From assembly GCA_017554125.1 (NCBI GenBank), contig JAFZIW010000138.1, positions 1 to 54,971 of the forward strand: DNA of 54,971 bases. The letters run 5' to 3'. This DNA comes from Clostridia bacterium (GTDB lineage Bacteria; Bacillota; Clostridia; Oscillospirales; Acutalibacteraceae). The notes beneath the pieces are model-generated. The model saw only the letters and a program-made list of their open reading frames with translations. It was not told where the DNA came from and did not search any database. The stretch's first letter is position 1, and each line of letters starts with the position of its first letter. Below, piece by piece: positions 18,917 through 28,931 of this stretch. A program made the position numbers and the translations under genes.

Positions 18917-20671
18917 ATGTCTGATAACAAAACAAAGCAACAAAGCTTTCTGCACGGTTCTTTTATTCTTGTCGCGGCGACATTCGCGGCAAAGATAATC
19001 AGCGCCGTATACCGTATACCGCTTACAAATATTCTTTCGGGCGGCGGTATGGGCTATTTTTCCACGGCGTACGATTTGTATATGCCCATGTATACTATCG
19101 CCATGGCGGGACTTCCTACCGCTATTTCGAGAATGGTGGCGGAGTATTCGGCGCACGGTAAGTATAAAGACGTAAAACGTACGCTTCACGTAGCGCAGTC
19201 GGCGTTTCTTGTGACCGGCGGCGTCGCTTTTGTCCTTATGCTGGCTCTGGCGCTTTTGCTTACCGGCGATATGCGCGTTACGCTTTTCGGGCATTCGTTT
19301 TCGCTTCACGTTTTCAGCCGCGGAGCGTTGCCGGGTATGCTTTGCATAGTTCCTTCAATACTCTTTTGCTGTATAATGTCGGCGTACCGCGGATATTTTG
19401 AAGGACTCGGAAATATGACCCCTACGGGTATAAGCGAGGTTTTCGAGGCGGCGGGAAAACTGATTTTCGGACTGAGTATCGCCGGCGTTACGCTGACCGT
19501 TACCAACAGCCGCTCATACGCCGCGGCGGGCGCACTGCTCGGTATTACGATAGGCGAAGCGCTTTCGACGCTTTACCTCTTTATAAGATATAAGTTTTTC
19601 GGCGAGAAAAATCTGCCGCGGGAGCTTTATAACGGCGCGCCCGAAGCTCAGTCGGGCAAAAAAATACTTAAAATAATGATAGCCATAGCAATTCCCGTTG
19701 TGCTCGGGTCGCTGGTTAATAACGTGACAAGTCTTATCGATGTGGCTATGGTGCAAAAGCGTCTGGCGCAGGCGATAAACAAGGACCCGGCGTATTTTGC
19801 CGGAAAATTCCGCGATTTGATAGCGTCGGAAACGGCGCAAATGGCAAAACAGGATAAAGTGTTCGATACCGTCGCTGACCTTCCGAACGCGCTTTACGGA
19901 TGCCACAGGGGCTTTGCCTTTTCCGTATATCATCTGATACCCACGCTTACGACCACGCTCGGCATAAGCGCTATACCGGTGCTCGCGCGCACGTGGGCTA
20001 AAAAGGATATGGCGGCAGTCAAATTCAATGTTCAGACAATAATCAGAACGACCGCCGTTATAGTAATGCCCTGCGGTCTCGGGCTCGCGGCGATATCAAA
20101 AGGCATACTTTCGCTTCTTTACCATGATACAAGCGCTATTGCCATAGCCGCTCCGAATTTGCGCGTACTCGGTTTCTGCGCCATATTCGCCGGTATAAAC
20201 TCGCCGATTATCGCAATGCTTCAGGCGGTCGGTAAAGAGGTCGTACCTCTTAAAAACATAGCCGTTGGCGCGATACTCAAAATTATTGTCAATTTTGTAC
20301 TTGTCGGTAATCCTTATATAAACATTTACGGCGTACCGATAGGCACCACGCTTTGCTACTTCTATATTTTCGCCGCGAATCTGTACTGCCTTATAAAATA
20401 TACCGGTGTGAAACTCGATTTTTATTCAACCCTTATAAAACCGTTTTTCGCCGGGGCGTGTTCGGGCGTTACGGCTTTCGCCGTTTACCATATCGTTTTA
20501 AGAGGCCTGCACCGTAATCTCTTCGCCGCCGGCGGCGCGATTTTTGCGGCGGGCGCGGTGTATATCGTCGCTCTCGGAGTATTCAGAGTGCTTGAAAGCG
20601 AGGATATTCTGACGCTTCCGAAGGGCGAAAAAATCCTTAAAATTTGTAAAAAGATGCGTCTTGTGAGGTAA
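18917..20671 (+). CDS. MOP-superfamily flippase (MurJ / SpoVB-like polysaccharide biosynthesis protein)
   Basis: 584 aa with about 14 predicted TM segments. N-terminus FLHGSFILVAATFAAKIISAVYRIPLTNIL is typical of SpoVB/MurJ-type proteins. Confidence 0.75.
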   Translation: MSDNKTKQQSFLHGSFILVAATFAAKIISAVYRIPLTNILSGGGMGYFSTAYDLYMPMYTIAMAGLPTAISRMVAEYSAHGKYKDVKRTLHVAQSAFLVTGGVAFVLMLALALLLTGDMRVTLFGHSFSLHVFSRGALPGMLCIVPSILFCCIMSAYRGYFEGLGNMTPTGISEVFEAAGKLIFGLSIAGVTLTVTNSRSYAAAGALLGITIGEALSTLYLFIRYKFFGEKNLPRELYNGAPEAQSGKKILKIMIAIAIPVVLGSLVNNVTSLIDVAMVQKRLAQAINKDPAYFAGKFRDLIASETAQMAKQDKVFDTVADLPNALYGCHRGFAFSVYHLIPTLTTTLGISAIPVLARTWAKKDMAAVKFNVQTIIRTTAVIVMPCGLGLAAISKGILSLLYHDTSAIAIAAPNLRVLGFCAIFAGINSPIIAMLQAVGKEVVPLKNIAVGAILKIIVNFVLVGNPYINIYGVPIGTTLCYFYIFAANLYCLIKYTGVKLDFYSTLIKPFFAGACSGVTAFAVYHIVLRGLHRNLFAAGGAIFAAGAVYIVALGVFRVLESEDILTLPKGEKILKICKKMRLVR

Positions 20672-20845
20672 AAGCGGCAAAAACAGCCTTAAAAAAGCGG
20701 TTTTTTTGAAAAAAATCAATAAAAGATATTGATTTTTTCTTCAAAATATGGTATAAGTAGATAAACCCTTTTAATATATAAAGTGGTTTTAGTGAATTTG
20801 AGAAAACGTTGTTTTCTTAAAACAAAAAAACAGGAGGTTCATACA

Positions 20846-21118
20846 ATGAACAAAACAGATTTAGTTGCGGCAATCGCAGCAAAAGCAGACCTTACCAAAA
20901 AAGATGCTGAAAAAGCATTGGCAGCAGCAATCGAGGCTATTACAAAGGCCGTTAAAAAGGGCGACAAGGTTCAGCTCGTTGGCTTCGGTACATTTGAAGC
21001 TCGCAAGCGTGCGGCCCGTCAGGGTATCAACCCCGCTACCGGCGCTAAAATAAAGATCGCCGCTTCCAAGACTCCGGTATTCAAAGCCGGCAAAGCTTTC
21101 AAGGACGCAATAAAATAA
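20846..21118 (+). CDS. hup: DNA-binding protein HU
   Basis: [11 protein letters not shown]...GFGTFE.R.R.AR.GRNP.TG. The ATG at 20846 lies 8 nt after AGGAGG; the track ORF start 20783 is rejected. Confidence 0.95.
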   Translation: MNKTDLVAAIAAKADLTKKDAEKALAAAIEAITKAVKKGDKVQLVGFGTFEARKRAARQGINPATGAKIKIAASKTPVFKAGKAFKDAIK

Positions 21119-21126
21119 TTTAACCA

Positions 21127-21160
21127 GTAAGCCGCCGGTTTCGGCGGCTTACATTTTTTT
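21127..21160 (+). terminator. Intrinsic terminator of hup
   Basis: gtaagccgccg (21127-21137) / cggcggcttac (21142-21152), followed by T7. Confidence 0.85.
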
Positions 21161-21170
21161 CGGAGAGACG

Positions 21171-21413
21171 ATGAGAATAGATAAATACTTAAAGGTTTCG
21201 CGCCTTATCAAACGCCGTACCGTCGCAAACGAGGCGTGCGACGCCGGCAGAGTAAAGGTCGGCGGCAAATCGGTACGCGCGTCGTATGACGTAAAATTAG
21301 GCGATATAATCGAAATATCGTTCGGAAACAAAACGGTAAAGGTCGAGGTCACCGCGGTAAGCGAAGTGGTAAAAAAGGAAGAAGCGACCGACCTCTACCG
21401 AATAATCGAATAA
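21171..21413 (+). CDS. yabO: S4-domain RNA-binding protein (YabO-like)
   Basis: MRIDKYLKVSRLIKRRTVA....G.V.V.G matches the S4 fold. Positioned before yabP-yabQ as in B. subtilis. Confidence 0.8.
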   Translation: MRIDKYLKVSRLIKRRTVANEACDAGRVKVGGKSVRASYDVKLGDIIEISFGNKTVKVEVTAVSEVVKKEEATDLYRIIE

Positions 21414-21456
21414 AGAAAGCACCTTTTCAATATAAATTATTGAGAGGTGTTTTATT

Positions 21457-21729
21457 TTGGAAGAAAACAGTCGCGTAATACAAAACGTAATAATCGAAAG
21501 CCGTAAGAAACTCAGTATTTCGGGCGTCAGGCAGGTGCTTTCGTTCGATGATGAAACACTGTTGCTCGATACCGCGCTCGGCAGGGCTACGGTAAAAGGC
21601 GAAGATTTGAAAATAGAAAATTTCAATACTTCTTCGGGCGATTTATCGGCGTCGGGCACCGTACACGCGGTAGTGTACATGGCGTCGGAGCATACCGGCG
21701 GCGGTTTTATTTCCCGCCTTTTCAGATGA
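21457..21729 (+). CDS. yabP: Sporulation protein YabP
   Basis: 90 aa; the pattern ...L.ISGV..V.SFDDE.I.L.T..G.L.I.GE.L.I is YabP-like. TTG start after GAGAGG. Confidence 0.8.
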   Translation: MEENSRVIQNVIIESRKKLSISGVRQVLSFDDETLLLDTALGRATVKGEDLKIENFNTSSGDLSASGTVHAVVYMASEHTGGGFISRLFR

Positions 21730-21730
21730 T

Positions 21731-22255
21731 ATGTGGGAAATAAGCGTGGGCGGGCAGGCGCTCGCTTGTATTTATTCGCTTGTCTTGGGCGGCGCGCTGT
21801 GTTTGTTTTACGATGTGATAAGGGCGACAAGACGCGCCGGCGCCAATTCGGCTTTCGCGGTATTTGCGGGAGATATCCTTTTTTGGCTTATAAGCGCGAT
21901 TTGCGTTTTTTTCTTTATGGTCGCGCTTACAAACGGCGAAATACGCGGCTACATCGTTTTTTCCGCCGCGGCGGGCTTTATTATTTTCCGCCTTACGCTC
22001 GGCAGACTGACCTTTTACATTCTCGATATACTTTTTTGCTTTTCGGCGAAGGTCATCGCAAGGGTTTGCGAAATAATTGCCGACGTGTGCGCCTTTTTGA
22101 AAAATATCGCGGCGCGCTTTTTGGCGAGAATTCTTAAAGCGGTTTCGGCGGTGGCGGTAAGACTAAAAAAACTCTTGAAAAGTATATATAAGTTGTTGTA
22201 TACTACTAAATATAAAAGAGAGACGGAGCAAAAGGAAAATGAGCAAGAGCGGTAA
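21731..22255 (+). CDS. yabQ: Spore cortex biosynthesis protein YabQ
   Basis: Multi-TM protein with the FYD..R motif (LFYDVIRATRR), located directly after yabP. Confidence 0.75.
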   Translation: MWEISVGGQALACIYSLVLGGALCLFYDVIRATRRAGANSAFAVFAGDILFWLISAICVFFFMVALTNGEIRGYIVFSAAAGFIIFRLTLGRLTFYILDILFCFSAKVIARVCEIIADVCAFLKNIAARFLARILKAVSAVAVRLKKLLKSIYKLLYTTKYKRETEQKENEQER

Positions 22256-22529
22256 ACGGTCAAAAAGCGTTATTGTTCGCATTATAGTTCTTTTCGTTGC
22301 AAGTTATATGGTCATAGGGCTTATAGGGCTTTACCGTGAACTGAACGGTAAGCAGCAGGAGCTTCGCGACTTGCTTGCCGAGAAGGAAAGCATCGAAATA
22401 CAAATCGAAGATTACAGGTCGCGCCTTAGCAGCGCTTCGTATAACGATATTATTGAAAAAGCCGCGCGTGAACGGCTTGGCTACGCATATCCTACAGAAG
22501 AAATTTACGTGGATATTTCAGGCAACTAA
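22239..22529 (+). CDS. divIC: Septum formation initiator (DivIC/FtsB family)
   Basis: N-terminal TM helix plus coiled coil, and C-terminal IEK.ARE.LGY. Confidence 0.8.
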   Translation: MSKSGKRSKSVIVRIIVLFVASYMVIGLIGLYRELNGKQQELRDLLAEKESIEIQIEDYRSRLSSASYNDIIEKAARERLGYAYPTEEIYVDISGN

Positions 22530-22559
22530 ACCTAAAAGCATGGAGGACCTTAGGAATTT

Positions 22560-23009
22560 ATGCAGTTAAAATCAGGCGATATTGTTGAGGGCAAAATAAC
22601 GGGTATTACTTCTTTCGGCGTTTTTGCCGATATAGGCGACGGTCTTTCCGGAATGGTACATATTTCCGAAATATCGAGAGATTACGTCAGCGATATCCGC
22701 GAGTTTGTCAAGGTGGGCGATACCGCCAAAATGAAAGTTATTTCCGTAGGGGAAGACGGCAAGATATCTCTTAGCATCAGAAAAGCGTTGCCTGATGAAC
22801 CGGAGCGCAGAAAAGAAAAGAAAAAATATGAGCCCAAGGCGGTTGTGCCGCCGGACCCGTCATACGTTTGGGAAGCGTCAAAGGATACGCCTTCGAGCTT
22901 TGAAGAAATGATGAACAGGTTTAAGCAGAGAAGCGATGAAAAGATATCCGATTTGAAAAGAAAAAATCCGGATGCGCGTCGCGGCAAACGCTCGTCGGGC
23001 GGCAAATAA
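22560..23009 (+). CDS. yabR: S1 RNA-binding domain protein (YabR-like)
   Basis: GDIVEGKITGITSFGVFADIG.GLSGMVHISE S1 motif and a basic C-terminal tail. Confidence 0.85.
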   Translation: MQLKSGDIVEGKITGITSFGVFADIGDGLSGMVHISEISRDYVSDIREFVKVGDTAKMKVISVGEDGKISLSIRKALPDEPERRKEKKKYEPKAVVPPDPSYVWEASKDTPSSFEEMMNRFKQRSDEKISDLKRKNPDARRGKRSSGGK

Positions 23010-23120
23010 AAAACAGGGCGGTGCGCGTAAGCGGCACTGCCTTTATTTGAATTTTTCAAAACAAGTATAATTCGGGTATATAAAGTCGGCGAGTCTGCTC
23101 GCCCGGGTACGGTGAAAAAT

Positions 23121-23963
23121 ATGCGTGAAATCAGTGTGTTAAAAGTTGAAGAAACAATAGAGGAACTCTGCATTGCGGCGAATATGAATCTGCCTTGCGA
23201 TTTAGCAAAGCGGCTCACTGTCGCCGGAAATAACGAGCAGTCAGCCGCGGCAAAGGCGGTTATCGGCGATATTTGCGATAACCTTACCGCCGCAAAGGAA
23301 CTCGGCGTACCTATCTGTCAGGATACCGGTATGGCGGTCGTATTTATGGATATCGGTCAGGACGTTCACTTTTCGGGCGGCGACCTTTTTGACGCTGTAA
23401 ACGAAGGTGTGCGGCGCGGATACGAAAAAGGTCTTTTGCGTAAATCGGTCGTATCAGACCCGATGCGGCGGGAAAACACCGGCGATAACACTCCCGCCGT
23501 AATACATACACGTATCGTTCCTGGCGACAGGGTGAACGTCACGGTAGCGCCCAAAGGCTTTGGCAGCGAGAATATGAGCAGGATATTTATGCTTACTCCC
23601 GCGGACGGCAGAGCGGGCGTTGTTTCGGCGGTCGTTTCCGCCGTAAAAGAGGCGGGTTCAAAACCCTGTCCGCCCATTGTTGTCGGCGTCGGTATCGGCG
23701 GCGATTTTGAAAGCTGCGCATTGCTTTCAAAACGCGCTCTTATAAGAAGCACGGATACAGAGAATCCCGATCCGTACTACGCCGGGCTCGAAAGGGAATT
23801 GCTTTCTGAAATGAATAAACTCGGCATAGGTCCTCAGGGCTTCGGCGGCGAAACGACCGCGCTTGCCGTAAATATTGAAACGGCGCCTACGCATATAGCC
23901 GGGCTTCCGGTGGCGGTAAATATCGGTTGTCACGTTACAAGACATTCGTCGGCGGTGATTTGA
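23121..23963 (+). CDS. Fe-S (class I) fumarate hydratase / tartrate dehydratase, alpha subunit only
   Basis: MREISV...CQDTGMAVVF...APKGFGSEN is typical of the FumA N-terminal/TtdA family. ATG 23121 is preferred to GTG 23112. Confidence 0.8.
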   Translation: MREISVLKVEETIEELCIAANMNLPCDLAKRLTVAGNNEQSAAAKAVIGDICDNLTAAKELGVPICQDTGMAVVFMDIGQDVHFSGGDLFDAVNEGVRRGYEKGLLRKSVVSDPMRRENTGDNTPAVIHTRIVPGDRVNVTVAPKGFGSENMSRIFMLTPADGRAGVVSAVVSAVKEAGSKPCPPIVVGVGIGGDFESCALLSKRALIRSTDTENPDPYYAGLERELLSEMNKLGIGPQGFGGETTALAVNIETAPTHIAGLPVAVNIGCHVTRHSSAVI

Positions 23964-23964
23964 T

Positions 23965-25107
23965 ATGAGCGAAACGTATAATCTTATTGCGCCCACCGTC
24001 TTCGGTATAGAGAGTATCGCGGCGGAAGAATTCAAGCGTATGGGCTTTGAAAAAATCGCCGTGCAGGACGGTAAGGTACACTTGCAGGGCGACGGCAATA
24101 TGCTCGCCAGGGCAAATATCTGTTCCCGTTTTGCCGAGCGGGTGCTGATAAACGTCGGTGAGTTTACGGCGCTGACGTTTACCGAGCTTTTTGACGGTGT
24201 AAAGAGTCTTCCGTGGGAAAGGTATATTTCCCGCGACAACGCGTTTCCCGTTACGGGTACGAGCGTAAACTCGGCGCTTTTCAGTATATCCGACTGTCAG
24301 TCGATTATCAAAAAAGCGATAGCCGACCGCCTCTCATCCAAATACGGTATAAGCTGGCTTCCCGAAACGGGAGCCGAATGCAGGGTGAAATTCAGTCTGC
24401 TTAAAGATAAAGCGACGCTTGCAATAGATACTTCGGGCGACGGTCTTCATAAGCGCGGCTACCGCAGAAAAGCAAACGACGCGCCGCTTAAAGAAACCAT
24501 TGCCGCGGCGCTTTGCGATTTGGCGCGAATATACCCGGATACCCATATTTACGACCCGTTTTGCGGAAGCGGTACCATTCTTATCGAGGCGGCGCTGATG
24601 GCGACCGGACACGCTCCGGGGCTGAACCGCTATTTTGCCGCCGAGCGGTTTGATTTTCTGGATAAAAACGTATGGCGCGAGGAAAGAACGCGCGCGCAGG
24701 ACGGTATTCGCCACAACGTCGATTTTAAGGCGCAGGGCTTCGATATCGACCCGTCGGCGGTGGAACTTACCCTGCAAAACGCGAAAAAAGCGGGCGTGGG
24801 AAAATACGTAAAGGCGGCGGTTGCCGATATCAAAGATTTTGTAACGCCTGACGAAAGACTTTTAGTTATAACCAACCCGCCTTACGGCGAGCGTCTGCTT
24901 GACGTAAAAGCGGCGGAAGAGCTGTATAAAACCATGGGAGAGCGCTTTGATATGAAGCCCGGCAAAAAATATTTTGTTATAAGTCCGCACGATGAATTTG
25001 AAAAAATATTCGGCAAAACGGCGGATAAACGGCGCAAACTCTACAACGGTATGATAAAATGCCAGTTGTTTATGTATTTCAAAAACGGGCAGGTGGAAAA
25101 CAAATGA
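23965..25107 (+). CDS. THUMP-domain class I SAM-dependent RNA methyltransferase
   Basis: THUMP N-terminal half, SAM motif I DPFCGSGTILIEAA and catalytic NPPYGER. Confidence 0.85.
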   Translation: MSETYNLIAPTVFGIESIAAEEFKRMGFEKIAVQDGKVHLQGDGNMLARANICSRFAERVLINVGEFTALTFTELFDGVKSLPWERYISRDNAFPVTGTSVNSALFSISDCQSIIKKAIADRLSSKYGISWLPETGAECRVKFSLLKDKATLAIDTSGDGLHKRGYRRKANDAPLKETIAAALCDLARIYPDTHIYDPFCGSGTILIEAALMATGHAPGLNRYFAAERFDFLDKNVWREERTRAQDGIRHNVDFKAQGFDIDPSAVELTLQNAKKAGVGKYVKAAVADIKDFVTPDERLLVITNPPYGERLLDVKAAEELYKTMGERFDMKPGKKYFVISPHDEFEKIFGKTADKRRKLYNGMIKCQLFMYFKNGQVENK

Positions 25108-26042
25108 AGTATCTGTTTATTGTAAATCCCGCGGCGGGCAAGGGAAAAAAACAGGCGGGAATAATCGAAGCGGTAAAGAATTACTTTTCTGGGCGCGATG
25201 AGGATTTTGAAATATATATAACCTCTGCCGAGGGCGACGCAAAGGTTAAGGCGAACGCCGCGGCGAAAAGCGGGGAGGAGATAACCGTCTTCGCCTGCGG
25301 AGGCGAGGGAACGGTTTTTGAGGTGCTCAACGGCATAGTAGGCTATGCCAACGTAAACCTCGGCGTTATTCCCTGCGGCTCGGCAAACGATTTTCTCAAA
25401 TTCTTTGACGACAGCTCACCCTTTTCCGATATCGCCGAGCAAATATCCGGTACCGCCGTGCCTACCGATATAATCAAAGCAAACGACAGTTACTGCCTTA
25501 ACGGTTGCTCTGTGGGTATGGACGCGGTAGTGGCGCGCGATATGAGCATATTCAAAAATATGCGCGGCGTGTCCGGGTCTATGGCGTATAAGCTCGCGGT
25601 GATTAAAACCTTTTTCGGCAAAATCGGCGTAAGTATAAATCTTTCGGTAGACGGTTCGGCGCCCGAAAAGCGAAACTGCCTTTTCGCCGTTATAGCAAAC
25701 GCGCCCTATTACGGCGGCGGCTATAAAAGCGCGCCGGACGCGAACCCGTTTGATAACGCACTTGATTTTACAACCGTAAATACAATTTCAAAGCTTAAAG
25801 TACCGAAATTTCTCTCCCTTTACGAAAAGGGACAGCACGGTTCGCTTGATTACTGCACCCTGCGCCGCTGTACAAGTATGGAATTTACCGCGCAAAAGGC
25901 GGTTCCGGTTAATCTTGACGGCGAGATAATCGAGAGCAAGCATATGAAATTCAGTCTTGTGAAAGACGGCGTAAAGTTCATGTTGCCGCGCCGGATTTTT
26001 GAAAATATTAAGAATTCGTTAAAAGTTTTTGACTTTACTTGA
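25104..26042 (+). CDS. Diacylglycerol/lipid kinase family protein (YegS/BmrU-like)
   Basis: MKYLFIVNPAAGKGK...ACGGEGTVFEVLNG...IPCGSANDF. ATG 25104 forms an ATGA overlap with the upstream gene. Confidence 0.85.
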   Translation: MKYLFIVNPAAGKGKKQAGIIEAVKNYFSGRDEDFEIYITSAEGDAKVKANAAAKSGEEITVFACGGEGTVFEVLNGIVGYANVNLGVIPCGSANDFLKFFDDSSPFSDIAEQISGTAVPTDIIKANDSYCLNGCSVGMDAVVARDMSIFKNMRGVSGSMAYKLAVIKTFFGKIGVSINLSVDGSAPEKRNCLFAVIANAPYYGGGYKSAPDANPFDNALDFTTVNTISKLKVPKFLSLYEKGQHGSLDYCTLRRCTSMEFTAQKAVPVNLDGEIIESKHMKFSLVKDGVKFMLPRRIFENIKNSLKVFDFT

Positions 26043-26066
26043 CTTTTGCAAAAAATGGTATATAAT
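26039..26066 (+). promoter_or_regulatory. groESL promoter
   Basis: TTGACT (26039-26044), 16 nt, TATAAT (26061-26066), with TGG just upstream of the -10. Confidence 0.55.
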
Positions 26067-26110
26067 ATGTAAATGTCAGAAAACAATTTTCAGTGTTTGG
26101 AGGAATTTTT

Positions 26111-26398
26111 ATGACACTTAAACCTTTAGCTGACAACGTAGTTATCAAGGCGACAGAAGCCGAACAGACCACCAAAAGCGGTATTGTTCTTACCTCCGCC
26201 GCGAAGGAAAAGCCGCAAATCGCCGAAGTTGTGGCGGTAGGTCCCGGCGGTATTGTAGACGGTAAAGAGGTATCTACCAAAAGCATAAAAGTAGGTCAGA
26301 AGGTAATAGCCGCGAAGTATTCCGGAACGGATATTAAAATAGACGACGAGGAATATACCATTCTTCACGTTTCCGATATTCTGGCAATAGTTGAATAA
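26111..26398 (+). CDS. groES: Co-chaperonin GroES
   Basis: MTLKPLADNVVIK...KSGIVL...G.V.AVG.G. The ATG at 26111 follows GGAGG. Confidence 0.95.
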   Translation: MTLKPLADNVVIKATEAEQTTKSGIVLTSAAKEKPQIAEVVAVGPGGIVDGKEVSTKSIKVGQKVIAAKYSGTDIKIDDEEYTILHVSDILAIVE

Positions 26399-28054
<1,656 letters not shown>

Positions 28055-28095
28055 TTCAGGCGGCAGCTGTCAGATGACAGACACCGGATAATATG

Positions 28096-28310
28096 TGCGG
28101 CGGGGAAACCCGCCGCATAATTCATATATTGCGCCGCAGGCGCACCTATCGTTTGAAATCTGATATCTGCAATCTGTCGTCTGATTCGCGGGCGATTGAT
28201 AATCATCCCTACAAGATACCAATGTATTTTGCATGCGTAGGGGCGGATATCATCCGCCCGTTTTATTTTATGCGGACGGCCGGGGACGTCTGTCCCTACC
28301 TTATCAAAAC
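28096..28310 (+). repeat. Intergenic mosaic hairpin-repeat cluster A (modules M1-M3-M2-M4-M5)
   Basis: Modules are shared with 51359-51471 and 54644-54770. M1 is the GAAA-loop hairpin at 28097-28116. M3 is the block at 28140-28190 (about 85% identical to 54712-54770). M2 is a degenerate gggcgatt..aatc.ccc hairpin. M4 is cgtaggggcggatatcatccgcccgtttt at 28236-28264 (29/29 identical to 51443-51471). M5 is the hairpin gggacgtctgtccc. Confidence 0.8.
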
Positions 28311-28330
28311 AGTTTATACGGGACATAAGC

Positions 28331-28443
28331 AGACGAGAGGATCGCCCGGCGCAACTGTTGCGCCGGCACGCACGCGGGCTTTGCGACCGTTCACTGAAAG
28401 GTCGCAATTCGCCTATCGGCGAACCGCCCTGTTCGATCCTCTC
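28331..28443. repeat. Structured element built from tRNA-Ala 3'-end-derived direct and inverted repeats
   Basis: agacgagaggatcg (28331-28344) is a 14/15 direct copy of tRNA-Ala positions 28501-28515. gttcgatcctctcc (28430-28443) is an exact inverted 14-mer of 28505-28518. The two copies form a 10-bp stem enclosing three hairpins. Confidence 0.6.
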
Positions 28444-28450
28444 CTCATAT

Positions 28451-28494
28451 AAACAAAAATAGTGGGATATACCCTGATGGGTATATCCCACTAT
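28451..28494 (-). terminator. Intrinsic terminator of tRNA-Ala
   Basis: 15-bp stem aatagtgggatatac.../...gtatatcccactatt (28459-28473 / 28480-28494). The minus-strand RNA continues with TTTTGTTT. Confidence 0.8.
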
Positions 28495-28570
28495 TGGTGG
28501 AGACGGAGAGGATCGAACTCTTGACCTCCTGAATGCCATTCAGGCGCTCTCCCAGCTGAGCTACGCCCCC
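28495..28570 (-). tRNA. tRNA-Ala (anticodon GGC)
   Basis: The reverse complement folds as a 76-nt cloverleaf: GGGGGCG acceptor with the G3:U70 Ala identity pair, anticodon arm CCTGA-ATGGCAT-TCAGG (GGC), T arm AAGAG-TTCGATC-CTCTC, and an encoded CCA. Confidence 0.9.
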
Positions 28571-28638
28571 GCACCAGTACATAATAACACATAAAAAACA
28601 AAAACGCAATAAAAATTTTCAAAAACATCACTTTTTTA

Positions 28639-28668
28639 TTGACATCAACGGGTGTTTTGGGGTATAAT
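28639..28668 (+). promoter_or_regulatory. rpmH operon promoter
   Basis: TTGACA (28639-28644), 18 nt, TATAAT (28663-28668). Confidence 0.55.
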
Positions 28669-28745
28669 CACAAATTGATAGGTTATATATGTTGGAAAGT
28701 ATCGCTGTTTTGTGATTTTCCGACTCTGTAAGGAGGTTTAATATA

Positions 28746-28880
28746 ATGAAAAGAACGTATCAGCCTAAAAAAATTCACCGTAAAAAAGAGCATGGTTTCT
28801 TGAAAAGAATGGCAACTTCAAACGGCAGAAAGGTTCTCTCCCGCAGAAGAGCAAAGGGAAGAAAGCAGTTGACCTATTAA
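28746..28880 (+). CDS. rpmH: 50S ribosomal protein L34 (too short for the ORF track)
   Basis: [44 protein letters not shown], 44 aa, with AAGGAGG 8 nt upstream. The hairpin gccact-gtca-agtggc plus T-run follows. Confidence 0.95.
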   Translation: MKRTYQPKKIHRKKEHGFLKRMATSNGRKVLSRRRAKGRKQLTY

Positions 28881-28931
28881 GCCACTGTCAAGTGGCTTTT
28901 CATTTTATATCGCGCGAAGCGGTGAAAAGAA

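Noticed and set aside
28571-28745. Possible oriC / DnaA-box cluster, because rpmH-rnpA-yidD-yidC-jag is normally origin-proximal and divergent from dnaA
   Set aside because: I found no TTATCCACA/TGTGGATAA-like boxes on reading 28571-28745 or 31549-31669. There is no dnaA or dnaN gene, and the region is fully explained by the tRNA-Ala and rpmH promoters. The cluster appears simply to be separated from dnaA in this genome.
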